From Campylobacterales bacterium (GTDB lineage Bacteria > Campylobacterota > Campylobacteria > Campylobacterales > QNZT01): 41,357 nucleotides of DNA. Shown in pieces: positions 1-8,738 of this stretch. Position 1 is the stretch's first letter. Every line of letters begins with the position of its first letter. Below the pieces are notes generated by a model that saw nothing but the letters and a program-made list of their open reading frames with translations, made no database searches and had not been told where the DNA came from. Location of the stretch: NCBI GenBank assembly GCA_027081495.1, contig JALWKJ010000181.1, forward strand, positions 1 to 41,357, written 5' to 3'. Position numbers and translations under genes: made by a program.

Positions 1-13
1 TTATATTTTAATC

Positions 14-133
14 GAGTTCTCTGAAAAATGATGTTTCTCTCAAACGGCTTCACGGCGGGTCCCCAAAATTTGTCCCAAATTTTGACCCTGCCGCTGTAGA
101 TGTTGTTCGAGAATCATATTTTTCAGTGAACTC
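14..133. repeat. Structured palindromic intergenic element, 'filled' copy. Imperfect outer arms at 14-39 and 109-133 enclose a 63-nt GC-rich hairpin insert at 36-98.
   Basis: The left arm gagttctctgaaaaatgatgtttctc is nearly the reverse complement of the right arm gagaatcatatttttcagtgaactc. The flanks ctgaaaaatgatgtt and gatgttgttcgagaatcatattttt recur contiguously at 28179-28213. The inner hairpin pairs cggcgggtc with gaccctgccg and aaaattt with aaatttt. Confidence 0.6.
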
Positions 134-204
134 TATTATTTTGTTTAAATTTTATTAAATATATTTAAGTTATAATCACATACCATAGATGCAAGGATAT
201 TGTT

Positions 205-999
205 GTGACTCTTGATATTTACCAAATCGACGCTTTTGCGGATCAAGTTTTTAAAGGCAATCCCGCCATTGTCTGTCCTCTTAACAAGTGGCTTGACGAT
301 TCGATAATGCAAAAAATCGCCTCTGAAAACAATGCGAGTGAAACCGCCTTTTTTGTAAAAGAAAATAGTCGCTACAACATTAGATGGTTTTCACCGACAA
401 AAGAGGTCGAGTTATGCGGTCATGCGACATTGGCGTCCGCATATGTGATTTTTAATTTTCTTGAACCCGCTATCGATCGTGTCGTATTTGATTCTATCAC
501 GGGAGAGATCGAAGTTCAAAAAAACGGTGAATTTTTATCATTGACGCTCAAAGCGAAAATGCCTGTTGCCGACGACGAATATCACACGCTTTTTAACGCA
601 ACGATAGGCGAAGAGCCTCTTAAAGTATTAAAAGGACTCGATTATATACTCATATACGAAAACGAAGAGATCATAAAAAATATCAAACCGAGATTCGACG
701 CGCTAAAGAGTCTTGATCTTCGCGGAATCTGCATCAGCGCAAAAGGCGACGAGAAAGATTTCGTTTTTAGATTTTTCGCTCCTAAACTCGGAGTAAATGA
801 AGATTTTATAACCGGTTCGGCATATGCTTCTTTAGCTCCTTTTTGGTCTAAAGTGCTAAATAAAGAGATACTTACATCAAAACAACTTTCACAAAGAGGC
901 AGCGATATAACTTGTAAACTTTTAGAAGGTGGGGAAAAAGTCTCCATTACAGGCAAAGCTTCCCTCTATTTCAAAGGAGAAATTTATCTGCCGATTTAA
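205..999 (+). CDS. PhzF-family isomerase (phenazine biosynthesis-like protein)
   Basis: 264-aa ORF with a GTG start and an upstream AAGGA. The N-terminus IYQIDAFADQVFKGNPAIVC...SETAFF and the CGHATLA motif are typical of the PhzF/YddE family. Confidence 0.8.
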   Translation: MTLDIYQIDAFADQVFKGNPAIVCPLNKWLDDSIMQKIASENNASETAFFVKENSRYNIRWFSPTKEVELCGHATLASAYVIFNFLEPAIDRVVFDSITGEIEVQKNGEFLSLTLKAKMPVADDEYHTLFNATIGEEPLKVLKGLDYILIYENEEIIKNIKPRFDALKSLDLRGICISAKGDEKDFVFRFFAPKLGVNEDFITGSAYASLAPFWSKVLNKEILTSKQLSQRGSDITCKLLEGGEKVSITGKASLYFKGEIYLPI

Positions 1000-2030
1000 G
1001 AGCTAAGATACTTCTCCTCATCCAACAATACTTTATATATCTTAACAAACGATATAAAAAATGTCGTAATGGCCGGCCCTATTATAACACCCCAAAAACC
1101 GAATGTCGTAAGCCCCGCGATTATAGAGAAAAATATTATCAAAGGATTGATCTTTGACGGAGATTTTATCATCAGATGATTTATCCAATTAATAATAATA
1201 GGTTTTATAAAAGTATCGGCAACAACGGATATAACCAAAATAGAATACAACGCTATCACCCAAGCGCCCACGCTGTCGCCGGTTGTGAAGTGATAAATAC
1301 TCAAAGGAAGCCACATTAAAGCCCCTCCGATTATAGGCACAAGCGATGCGAAACCGTACAATATGCCAAGAAGCAGTCCGTCATACCCGTATATAGTCGA
1401 TATCAAGGCAAATAGCGCGCCCTCGAATATAGCGGTAACAAGGGTAGAGTAAAAAACGATATTCATGACATTCGAGATTTCTTGAAAAAAAGCGCTATTT
1501 TGATCAAACGGTAAAATTCCTTTTAAAAATCTCACAAGATCTCTGCCGTAATAATTGGCAAAAAAATAGAAAATCAAGATCATGATCATATCTTTAAGAA
1601 AATCCGCGCTGCTTTTTAAAATCACCGTCGTATATTTAAGAATACTCTTTGTGATCTCCTTGGCGTCAATACCGTCTAAAAACTCTTGAATCTGAGGTTT
1701 GATAGGTCCTAGAAAATCCGGGATCTTAAGATGATTTTTAACATTTACCATTTTATCGACTACCGACGCGTCAAAATGCTGCATAGTCGAAGAGAGAGAA
1801 TTGAGCGCATATACGATCGGTGCAAAAAATAAAAGTCCCAGCACCAGCGTAAGTATTACCGATTTTGCCAATTTGTTTTTTACATAATTTCCAAGCGAAA
1901 TATTTAAATTACTCGTCGCTAAAGCAAGCAAAGACGCAATATAAAGCGGCATCCAAAAAGGTCTATAAAGATACCACACCCAATAAAGAACAAAAAGAAA
2001 CAATCCAAGAAGAAAATATTTTCTATTCAT
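996..2030 (-). CDS. AI-2E family transporter (PerM/UPF0118-like permease)
   Basis: Multi-pass membrane ORF with AI-2E-like organisation. I place the start at the internal ATG ([10 protein letters not shown]...) at 2030, which overlaps the ruvB stop. The ORF track extends it to 2054. Confidence 0.7.
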   Translation of the reverse strand: MNRKYFLLGLFLFVLYWVWYLYRPFWMPLYIASLLALATSNLNISLGNYVKNKLAKSVILTLVLGLLFFAPIVYALNSLSSTMQHFDASVVDKMVNVKNHLKIPDFLGPIKPQIQEFLDGIDAKEITKSILKYTTVILKSSADFLKDMIMILIFYFFANYYGRDLVRFLKGILPFDQNSAFFQEISNVMNIVFYSTLVTAIFEGALFALISTIYGYDGLLLGILYGFASLVPIIGGALMWLPLSIYHFTTGDSVGAWVIALYSILVISVVADTFIKPIIINWINHLMIKSPSKINPLIIFFSIIAGLTTFGFWGVIIGPAITTFFISFVKIYKVLLDEEKYLSS

Positions 2031-3057
2031 ATAAATTACCGCCCTCATGATCAAACAATGAAGGTTTTCGCTTTTGAGTCAACCTGAAAAGATCATATGT
2101 CTTTGGCGTCGCGATTCTTCCCCTTGCCGTTTTCTCGATATATCCGTTGGCGATAAGATACGGTTCTATTACATCCTCGATAGTTCCTTCATCTTCGCTA
2201 AGAGTCGCCGCGATAGTGCCAAGCCCCAAAGGCTTACTCTTCGCCTCGATAAGAAGTTCCAAAAATTTTATATCCATTTCATCAAAGCCCAGCTCATCTA
2301 CCCCGAGCTCATCAAGAGCGTAACGCGCTCTTTTTTGAGATATCTCTTTTTCATCCGCAACTTCCGCATAGTCGCGAATTCTTTTTAAAAGCCGCAATGC
2401 GATTCTCGGAGTTCCCCTGCTTCTTGCCGCGGTTTCTATACAAGCGTCGTCTCCCGCCAAACATCCTAATTTGTAAGACGCTTTTTTTATAATCTTCGCC
2501 AACTCTTCATGCGTATAAAACTGCAAACGAAAATGCATTCCGAAACGATCTCTAAGAGGAGAAGAGATCATACCCGCTCTAGTCGTAGCGCCTATAAGCG
2601 TAAAACGGGGTAAATCAAGCTTGATCGTCTGCGCCGCGGGACCGCTTCCTATAATGATATCCAATCTATAATCTTCCATCGCAGGATAAAGTATCTCCTC
2701 TATCGCCGGTGAAAGTCTATGAATTTCATCTATAAAAAGTATGTCGCCCTCTTCAAGATTTGTAAGTATCGCCGCGAGATCTCCGCTTTTTTCGATCATA
2801 GGCGCGGCCGTTGTTTTTATATTTGCGCTCATTTCATTTGCGATAATATTCGCCAAAGTCGTTTTTCCAAGCCCCGGAGGTCCAAAAAAAAGCACATGAT
2901 CTAGGGCTTCATCTCTTTTTCGAGCCGCTTTTATAAAAACCTGTAAATTTTTTTTTATCTTTTCCTGTCCGATATATTCATCCCACCCCGAAGGTCTCAG
3001 GCTAATCTCATAATCTTTTTCGAGGTCAAGTTTTTCAACTTCTACTATTCTTTGCAT
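2023..3057 (-). CDS. ruvB: Holliday junction branch-migration helicase RuvB
   Basis: Walker [12 protein letters not shown], Walker [10 protein letters not shown], and LRP...W.EYIGQ..IK at the N-terminus. Length of 344 aa is typical. Confidence 0.95.
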   Translation of the reverse strand: MQRIVEVEKLDLEKDYEISLRPSGWDEYIGQEKIKKNLQVFIKAARKRDEALDHVLFFGPPGLGKTTLANIIANEMSANIKTTAAPMIEKSGDLAAILTNLEEGDILFIDEIHRLSPAIEEILYPAMEDYRLDIIIGSGPAAQTIKLDLPRFTLIGATTRAGMISSPLRDRFGMHFRLQFYTHEELAKIIKKASYKLGCLAGDDACIETAARSRGTPRIALRLLKRIRDYAEVADEKEISQKRARYALDELGVDELGFDEMDIKFLELLIEAKSKPLGLGTIAATLSEDEGTIEDVIEPYLIANGYIEKTARGRIATPKTYDLFRLTQKRKPSLFDHEGGNLYE

Positions 3058-3869
3058 CAGTATGTATGCTCTCTGTCTGGAAATTCTCTTTTTTTAACTT
3101 CACTCGCGTATTTAAAAAGAGCTTCGCGGATCAATTTCGCACCGGACATATACTCTTTTACGAACTTGGGCTTAAAATCTTCAAAAAATCCAAACGCATC
3201 GCTCCAAACGAGAACTTGACCGTCCGTATGAACCCCGGCTCCTATGCCGATGGTAGGAATTTTAACGGCTTTTGTTATAGCTTTTGCGGCTTCGCTTTTT
3301 ACGCCTTCAACGACTATGGCAAAAGCCCCGGCTTTTTCGATCGCCAAAGCATCTTCAATGAGAGAATTTACGCTTTGAGTATCTTTGCCTTTTACGCGAT
3401 AACCGCCCTCGCTTCTGACAAACTGAGGCATTAAACCGATATGTCCCATAACTGCTATCGAATTTTCACACAATCTCTTTATAATATTCGCCCGCTCTTT
3501 TCCTCCTTCTATCTTTACCGCATGAGCATCGGTTTTTCTGTAAACATCGACGGCGTTTTTTAACGCTATATCTTCATTCGTATATGAACCAAAAGGCATA
3601 TCAAGTACGATTAAAGCCGATTTTGCGCCGCTGCATACCGCTTTTGTATGATAAATCATGATCTCCATATTTGCGCTAAGCGTATCGTTTTTGCCCATAA
3701 AACTCATATTTAAACTATCGCCTACTAATATAATATCTACCGATTCGTCAAATATTTTGGCAAAAAGCGCATCATATGCCGTTATCATAACTATCGGCTC
3801 GATCGACTTCATACTCTTGATCGTCGAAATCGTAACTTTACTTCTTTCCTTAGGCGTTTGAATACTCAA
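3057..3869 (-). CDS. panB: 3-methyl-2-oxobutanoate hydroxymethyltransferase PanB
   Basis: [14 protein letters not shown] and GHIGL motifs. The ORF is open to a TTG at 3905, but a TTG at 3869 follows AGGAGA with about 6-nt spacing and gives a canonical length of about 270 aa. The stop overlaps the ruvB ATG (TGATG). Confidence 0.85.
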   Translation of the reverse strand: MSIQTPKERSKVTISTIKSMKSIEPIVMITAYDALFAKIFDESVDIILVGDSLNMSFMGKNDTLSANMEIMIYHTKAVCSGAKSALIVLDMPFGSYTNEDIALKNAVDVYRKTDAHAVKIEGGKERANIIKRLCENSIAVMGHIGLMPQFVRSEGGYRVKGKDTQSVNSLIEDALAIEKAGAFAIVVEGVKSEAAKAITKAVKIPTIGIGAGVHTDGQVLVWSDAFGFFEDFKPKFVKEYMSGAKLIREALFKYASEVKKREFPDREHTY

Positions 3870-3907
3870 ATCTCTCTCCTGATGCAACTTAAATGATTTT
3901 ACCAAAA

Positions 3908-3939
3908 AATTTGTTATAATTACAATTTTATAACAAATT
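3908..3939. promoter_or_regulatory. Perfect 12-bp inverted repeat (aatttgttataa N8 ttataacaaatt) in the divergent panB/trpA promoter region; candidate operator
   Basis: Read directly: 3908-3919 is the exact reverse complement of 3928-3939. A TATAAT hexamer at 3915-3920 lies inside the left arm, about 43 nt upstream of the trpA start. Confidence 0.4.
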
Positions 3940-3962
3940 GAAATATTACGGAGTCTATTTTT

Positions 3963-4703
3963 TTGAAAAAACTTGTCGCATACATAACTACGGCTCTGCC
4001 CGATCCCGATTTTACCGAAGACGCGGCGCTCGCCCTCAAAGAGGCGGGCGTAGATACGCTTGAGCTGGGCGTGCCCTTTTCAGATCCAGTGGCCGACGGT
4101 CCGATCATCGAAGAAGCAAACCTGAAATCTCTTCAAAACGGTTTCAAAATGAAACAACTTATCACCGTTTCAAAAGTTATCGCAAAAGAGATAGATACTA
4201 TATGGATGGGATATTTTAATCCTTTTTACCACAGAGGTATAGAAAAGATAACAAAAGAGGCCAAAAATCTCGGGATAAGCGGTTTTATCATTCCCGATCT
4301 CCCGCATGAAGAAGCCCTCGCATATAAAAAACATTTTGTAGAAAATGAACTCGCACTCATCGATTTCGTAGCTCCTACCGACTCGAAAGAGCGTATAAAA
4401 ACCATCGCTAAAAATGCCGAAAAATTCATATATCTTGTCGCATATACCGGAATTACGGGCTCCGGTAAACAAGAAAACTTAACTGCCGTTATAGAAGATA
4501 TCAGAGATACTACAAAGACGGAAATTTTTATCGGATTTGGCGTAAATGAAAAAACGGCAAAACAAAAAGCTCGTAATGTTGACGGCGTGATTGTAGGAAG
4601 CGCTTTTGTTTCGATTATTCTCGACGCGTCGCTATCATATACGGAAAAAATTGAAAAAATGCAAGATTTAGCAAAAAAAATCAAAGAAGAGATCAATAAT
4701 TAA
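3963..4703 (+). CDS. trpA: Tryptophan synthase alpha subunit
   Basis: TrpA signature LELGVPFSDPVADGPIIEEA. 246 aa with a TTG start. No trpB is adjacent. Confidence 0.9.
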   Translation: MKKLVAYITTALPDPDFTEDAALALKEAGVDTLELGVPFSDPVADGPIIEEANLKSLQNGFKMKQLITVSKVIAKEIDTIWMGYFNPFYHRGIEKITKEAKNLGISGFIIPDLPHEEALAYKKHFVENELALIDFVAPTDSKERIKTIAKNAEKFIYLVAYTGITGSGKQENLTAVIEDIRDTTKTEIFIGFGVNEKTAKQKARNVDGVIVGSAFVSIILDASLSYTEKIEKMQDLAKKIKEEINN

Positions 4704-4766
4704 TTATTTTTTTTAAATTGCCGATATTAAGATATTAAAAATAAACTATATTAAAATCGGAGCGGC

Positions 4767-6599
4767 ATGAAATTACGGGAGATATTAACAAGCAACTTTC
4801 ATTTTTCTGAAAATGAAGCTCTCCTTAAATACCGCTTCAAACTTATAAACTCCATGTTTCTTGCCGGAATTTTATTTGCTACTATAGCGGGTATTTTACG
4901 ATTTTTTATGGGAGATTATAGCGCCGGAATACTGGATTTTACGATGGTGCTCTCTTTTTCGATAAGCTTTTTTTATCTAAGAAGCGATAAAAAAGTTTTT
5001 GATTTAGTTTCCTCAATGCAAATGGCTATAGTATTTGTACTTTTCACTTTTATCACCGTCGCTTTGAAAGACGATCATACTAAACTTTTATGGTATGCCT
5101 TGGCGATAACGGTAACATATATGTTAAAAGGCATAAAAGCCGGATCGCTAATGACCGCCGCTACTATTTTAACGCTGACGGTTTTGTATATTATTCCCGC
5201 GATCGATCTTAGCATGCGCCCCGGAGAGCTTGTGATCTCATTTTTATTTTATATAACGCTTTCCGTTTTTATCGCTTTTTCCGTTATACAACAACAGATG
5301 AGTCTAAATAATGTTCAACAGGCAAATTCAAAAATAAAAAAGCAGCAACTCTATCTGCATAAACAGTTAAGAACGAACCCGTCAACAAATCTGCCAAATA
5401 CGCTTGCGTTAAAAGAGCGTTTATCCGTTACTAAATGTTCGGTCGCTCTTGTCAATCTTAAAATTGACGACTTTACGCAAATATCGAATATATTCGGTCA
5501 TGAAAAAGCTATGAGTCTCACGACGGAGATCGCAAAAATACTACGAAGATTTGAAAACGATCACATCAATCTTTTTCATAGCGAACCGGAACAATTCTCT
5601 TTTTTGATAAAAAAATATGAAAAAAACAGCGATGTTCATCTCGCAAAAACGATAAAGACATTTTTTGAAAACAGATCAATCATCGTCCAAGAGTTGGAAA
5701 TATCCATATCTTTTTCTATCGGTATCGCTAGAGGAGATAAACAAAAACTGATTGTTCATGCAAATGCCGCGCTTCATGAAGCTATAGAAGAGGGTACAAA
5801 CAACCTCAAAGTATTTAAACTAGATGAAAAAAAAGAGGCTCAACAAAAAAACAATCTTTACTGGAACAGTAAAATCAAAGAGGTTATAACGCAAGGAAAT
5901 CTAAGAGTCTATTATCAGCCTATCGTAAACAATAAAAACGGACAAATAGATAAATACGAGTGTCTTATTCGCGCTATCGACAACGATAAAGTGATTCCTC
6001 CTTTTTTCTTCCTGCAAGCGGCAAAATCCAGAGGGATGTTACCCAACATCACAAAAATAGTCATAGAAGAGAGTTTCAAAATATTTTCGGCAAATAATTT
6101 AAAATTTTCCATAAATATAACCGATGATGATTTAAAGCATAACTATTTAACAAGATTTTTAAAAAAAATGAGCAAAATGTACAATATTTCTCCAAACAGA
6201 GTTTATCTGGAAGTTTTGGAAAATATAACCTCGGCAAAATCATACGATGCCGTAAAACAGTTTGAAGCCCTTAAAAATGCGGGCTATCAGATCGCGATAG
6301 ACGACTTTGGCACGGAAGCGTCCAACTTCAGTCGTCTAATGACTCTCGATGCGGATATCATAAAAATAGACGGTCAATTTATCAAAAACCTAGATACTAA
6401 CGCCAATAGCGTTAAAATCGTAGAAACGATAGTCTCTTTAGCAAAAAAGCTGGAAGTAGAGACCGTCGCCGAGTTTGTTCATAGTGAAGAGATATACGAA
6501 ATCGTTAGAAAACTCGGTGTCGATTACTCGCAAGGATATTATTTTTCCCCGCCATTACCGCAGATTCAAGTTAGCTCAAAGCATCATGTAGTTGCGTAA
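4767..6599 (+). CDS. Membrane-anchored c-di-GMP phosphodiesterase: N-terminal multi-TM region, degenerate GGDEF-like domain and an EAL domain
   Basis: About 5-6 hydrophobic helices at the N-terminus. The GGDEF position reads SIGIARGD, which is degenerate. The EAL domain motifs are YYQPIV, ECLIR, EVLE, DDFGT, KIDG and QGYYFSPP. Confidence 0.8.
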   Translation: MKLREILTSNFHFSENEALLKYRFKLINSMFLAGILFATIAGILRFFMGDYSAGILDFTMVLSFSISFFYLRSDKKVFDLVSSMQMAIVFVLFTFITVALKDDHTKLLWYALAITVTYMLKGIKAGSLMTAATILTLTVLYIIPAIDLSMRPGELVISFLFYITLSVFIAFSVIQQQMSLNNVQQANSKIKKQQLYLHKQLRTNPSTNLPNTLALKERLSVTKCSVALVNLKIDDFTQISNIFGHEKAMSLTTEIAKILRRFENDHINLFHSEPEQFSFLIKKYEKNSDVHLAKTIKTFFENRSIIVQELEISISFSIGIARGDKQKLIVHANAALHEAIEEGTNNLKVFKLDEKKEAQQKNNLYWNSKIKEVITQGNLRVYYQPIVNNKNGQIDKYECLIRAIDNDKVIPPFFFLQAAKSRGMLPNITKIVIEESFKIFSANNLKFSINITDDDLKHNYLTRFLKKMSKMYNISPNRVYLEVLENITSAKSYDAVKQFEALKNAGYQIAIDDFGTEASNFSRLMTLDADIIKIDGQFIKNLDTNANSVKIVETIVSLAKKLEVETVAEFVHSEEIYEIVRKLGVDYSQGYYFSPPLPQIQVSSKHHVVA

Positions 6600-6696
6600 C
6601 AATATAAAAATTTTATACCGTTTTTTATAAACACTATTTATGAAATAACTCTTTTTGTCGATTTATTATCAAACACAATTAAAGGATAACTTCACA

Positions 6697-7635
6697 ATGA
6701 AACAAAAATACAGACTTGTAACAAGAAGCGATATGGATGGACTGGTATGCGCCGTGCTGTTAAAACATCTCGATATGATCGACGATATAAAATTTGTCCA
6801 CCCAAAAGATATGCAAGACGGATTGATAGAGATAACAAATAACGACATCACGACAAACCTTCCGTATGTAAAAGATGCATATATATCCTTTGATCATCAT
6901 TTAAGCGAAACGATCAGAAACGAAAAACATAAAAATCATATAATCGATCCAAGCGCCCCCTCCGCCGCCGAAGTGGTTTATAACTACTATGGAGGAAAAG
7001 AGGTTTTTCCAAAACATTTTATTCCCATGATGAAAGCCGCAAACAAAGCCGACTCGGCACAGTTTTCAAAAGAAGACATATTGGATCCAAAAGGGTGGGA
7101 TCTGCTTAGCTTTCTTATGGATTCAAGAACGGGTCTTGGTCGCTTCAGAAATTTTAGAATCTCAAATTACAATCTCATGATGAATCTAATAGACGCGTGC
7201 AAAGATCAAAATATCGATGAAATTTTGACACTACCCGATGTAGTACAGAGGATAGAACTTTATAACAAATATAAAGAAGAGTTTATAGATCAGATTAAAA
7301 GATGTTCAACTGTTTACGACAATGTCGTACTTCTTGATCTAACAGGCGAAGATATTATCTACCCGGGAAATCGCTTTATGATTTACGCGCTTTTTCCGCA
7401 AGTAACCGTTTCTATACATAAAATATGGGGATTTCAAAAACAAAATACCGTATTTGCGGTCGGAAAATCTATTATCAATAAAACTTCAAAAGCAAACATC
7501 GGAGATATCATGCTTCACTACAACGGCGGCGGGCATATGGCGGCGGGAACTTGTCAGGTACCTCATGAGAGCGCCGATGCCGTACTTGAGGATATCATAG
7601 AGAAACTAAGAGAGCCGGTAGTTTGCGAGGCTTGA
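6697..7635 (+). CDS. DHH/DHHA1-family phosphoesterase (NrnA-like / exopolyphosphatase-related)
   Basis: Motifs RSDMDG (DxD), SFDHH (DHH) and NGGGHMAAG (the GGGH of DHHA1). The ATG at 6697 follows AAAGGA. The ORF track offers an upstream TTG at 6655. Confidence 0.7.
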   Translation: MKQKYRLVTRSDMDGLVCAVLLKHLDMIDDIKFVHPKDMQDGLIEITNNDITTNLPYVKDAYISFDHHLSETIRNEKHKNHIIDPSAPSAAEVVYNYYGGKEVFPKHFIPMMKAANKADSAQFSKEDILDPKGWDLLSFLMDSRTGLGRFRNFRISNYNLMMNLIDACKDQNIDEILTLPDVVQRIELYNKYKEEFIDQIKRCSTVYDNVVLLDLTGEDIIYPGNRFMIYALFPQVTVSIHKIWGFQKQNTVFAVGKSIINKTSKANIGDIMLHYNGGGHMAAGTCQVPHESADAVLEDIIEKLREPVVCEA

Positions 7636-7660
7636 CAAAAATGAAAAAAAGTGATATATT
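7632..7660 (+). promoter_or_regulatory. Sigma70-like promoter for ssrA
   Basis: TTGACA (7632-7637), a 17-nt spacer, then TGaTATATT (extended -10, hexamer at 7655-7660). It lies about 40 nt upstream of the mature tmRNA 5' end, implying a processed leader. Confidence 0.45.
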
Positions 7661-7699
7661 TAAATCGTATTGAAATCCGGTGCATACGCATCGGCTTGC

Positions 7700-8080
7700 G
7701 GGAGTGACCTGGCTTTCGACAGGAGCGGGTTGGAACTGATTGCATGTAGTCTTTGAAAGACTTAAAACTATCTCGTTAAATATAAACGCAAACAATACAA
7801 ATTATAGACCTGCGCTCGCTGTAGCGTAAGAGACACTAAGTCCGGTCAGTTATATGCACCATCTCCGGCTGCTTGAGACGCATATAGCTTCATATAAAAC
7901 AAAATGCAGCTTGGAAAGTAAGCTCGCTCAAACTTGCTTTCGACTTCTTTGGGCTATGGATAAAGCCGGCCGGCGGGCGAAGGGTAGGCTTTATCGACAA
8001 CAAACTTCGCCGCTAAGCATGTAGAGATCAGTTTTGGAACCTGCTTGTGGACTGGGGTTCGATTCCCCACACTTCCACCA
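7700..8080 (+). ncRNA. ssrA: tmRNA (SsrA), one-piece, with an encoded CCA
   Basis: The 5' end GGGAGTGACCTGGCTTTCGACAGG pairs with the 3' end CACTTCCACCA. There is a T-arm GGGGTTCGATTCCCC. The tag reading frame gca aac aat aca aat tat aga cct gcg ctc gct gta gcg taa (7788-7829) gives ANNTNYRPALAVA*. Confidence 0.95.
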
Positions 8081-8222
8081 ATAAACAATCTAACACCTTC
8101 TAATAAAACCCCTGAATATACGAGTTTTAAAGCCAATTTACACTCTAAGTCAATCTAACTTAAATCAATAGTTTCTAAGAATTTAAGGGATACTAGCTAT
8201 AATCTCAACACATCCTTATTAC

Positions 8223-8240
8223 TCCACCAATAAATAATCT
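8223..8240 (+). repeat. att-like direct repeat of the ssrA 3' end and flank
   Basis: tccaccaataaaTaatct at 8223-8240 matches tccaccaataaaCaatct at 8074-8091 in 17 of 18 positions. Confidence 0.5.
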
Positions 8241-8319
8241 GAATTATCAATACAGTGATTTTGTTCATAATCAAGGCAGTTTTTTGAAGGTGTAACCGTA
8301 GTTACATCGAAAGAAACTA

Positions 8320-8460
8320 ATGAAGAGTATGGACAAAATCACCGCATCAAAAATTAAGAATATTTGTTGGTGCGGTGATAAGTTAAAAGTAAAACTTAAC
8401 GCTATTAATGAATCCCATATTTACCTATGCTTACTTTGTCAGGATACAAATTTATGCTAA
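8320..8460 (+). CDS. Possible 46-aa zinc-ribbon-like micro-protein (below the ORF-track cutoff)
   Basis: My own translation is MKSMDKITASKIKNICWCGDKLKVKLNAINESHIYLCLLCQDTNLC*, with a CxC...CxxC arrangement. It ends 29 nt before the antitoxin-like gene. The RBS is weak and the 5' end lies inside a long palindrome, so coding status is uncertain. Confidence 0.25.
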   Translation: MKSMDKITASKIKNICWCGDKLKVKLNAINESHIYLCLLCQDTNLC

Positions 8461-8489
8461 AATAACCTCTTAATATACAGGAGTCCCTC

Positions 8490-8738
8490 ATGATAAGAGA
8501 AATTGTCAGACCCAAAGATAACAAGTTAACGATCAATCTTCCACAAGAATATGTCGGCGAAGAAATAGAATATATAATTTTCCCAATAAAAAAACATAAA
8601 CCTGAAAAAGATGTAAAAGAAAAAAATATGGATATCGGCTCACTTGGAGGTTCGTTGAAACAATATGCAAATGCTCAAAAAGCAGAGCTGGAAAATAAAG
8701 CCTGGGAACTTCATGTAATGGATAAATATTCAAAATGA
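8490..8738 (+). CDS. Putative antitoxin partner of the PIN toxin (family not recognised)
   Basis: 82 aa with an AGGAG RBS and an ATGA stop/start overlap with the downstream PIN gene. The N-terminal beta-like segment KLTINLPQEYVGEEIEYIIFPI is followed by a charged tail. Confidence 0.55.
   Translation: MIREIVRPKDNKLTINLPQEYVGEEIEYIIFPIKKHKPEKDVKEKNMDIGSLGGSLKQYANAQKAELENKAWELHVMDKYSK

Noticed and set aside
4226-4696. 156-aa and 100-aa minus-strand ORFs antisense to trpA
   Set aside because: trpA carries an unambiguous family signature. The antisense frames have no recognisable motifs or RBS.
7563-8136. Three 60-66-aa minus-strand ORFs overlapping the DHH gene end and ssrA
   Set aside because: The region is explained by the DHH CDS and a complete tmRNA. 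The ORFs have no starts with an RBS and cross RNA structural elements.
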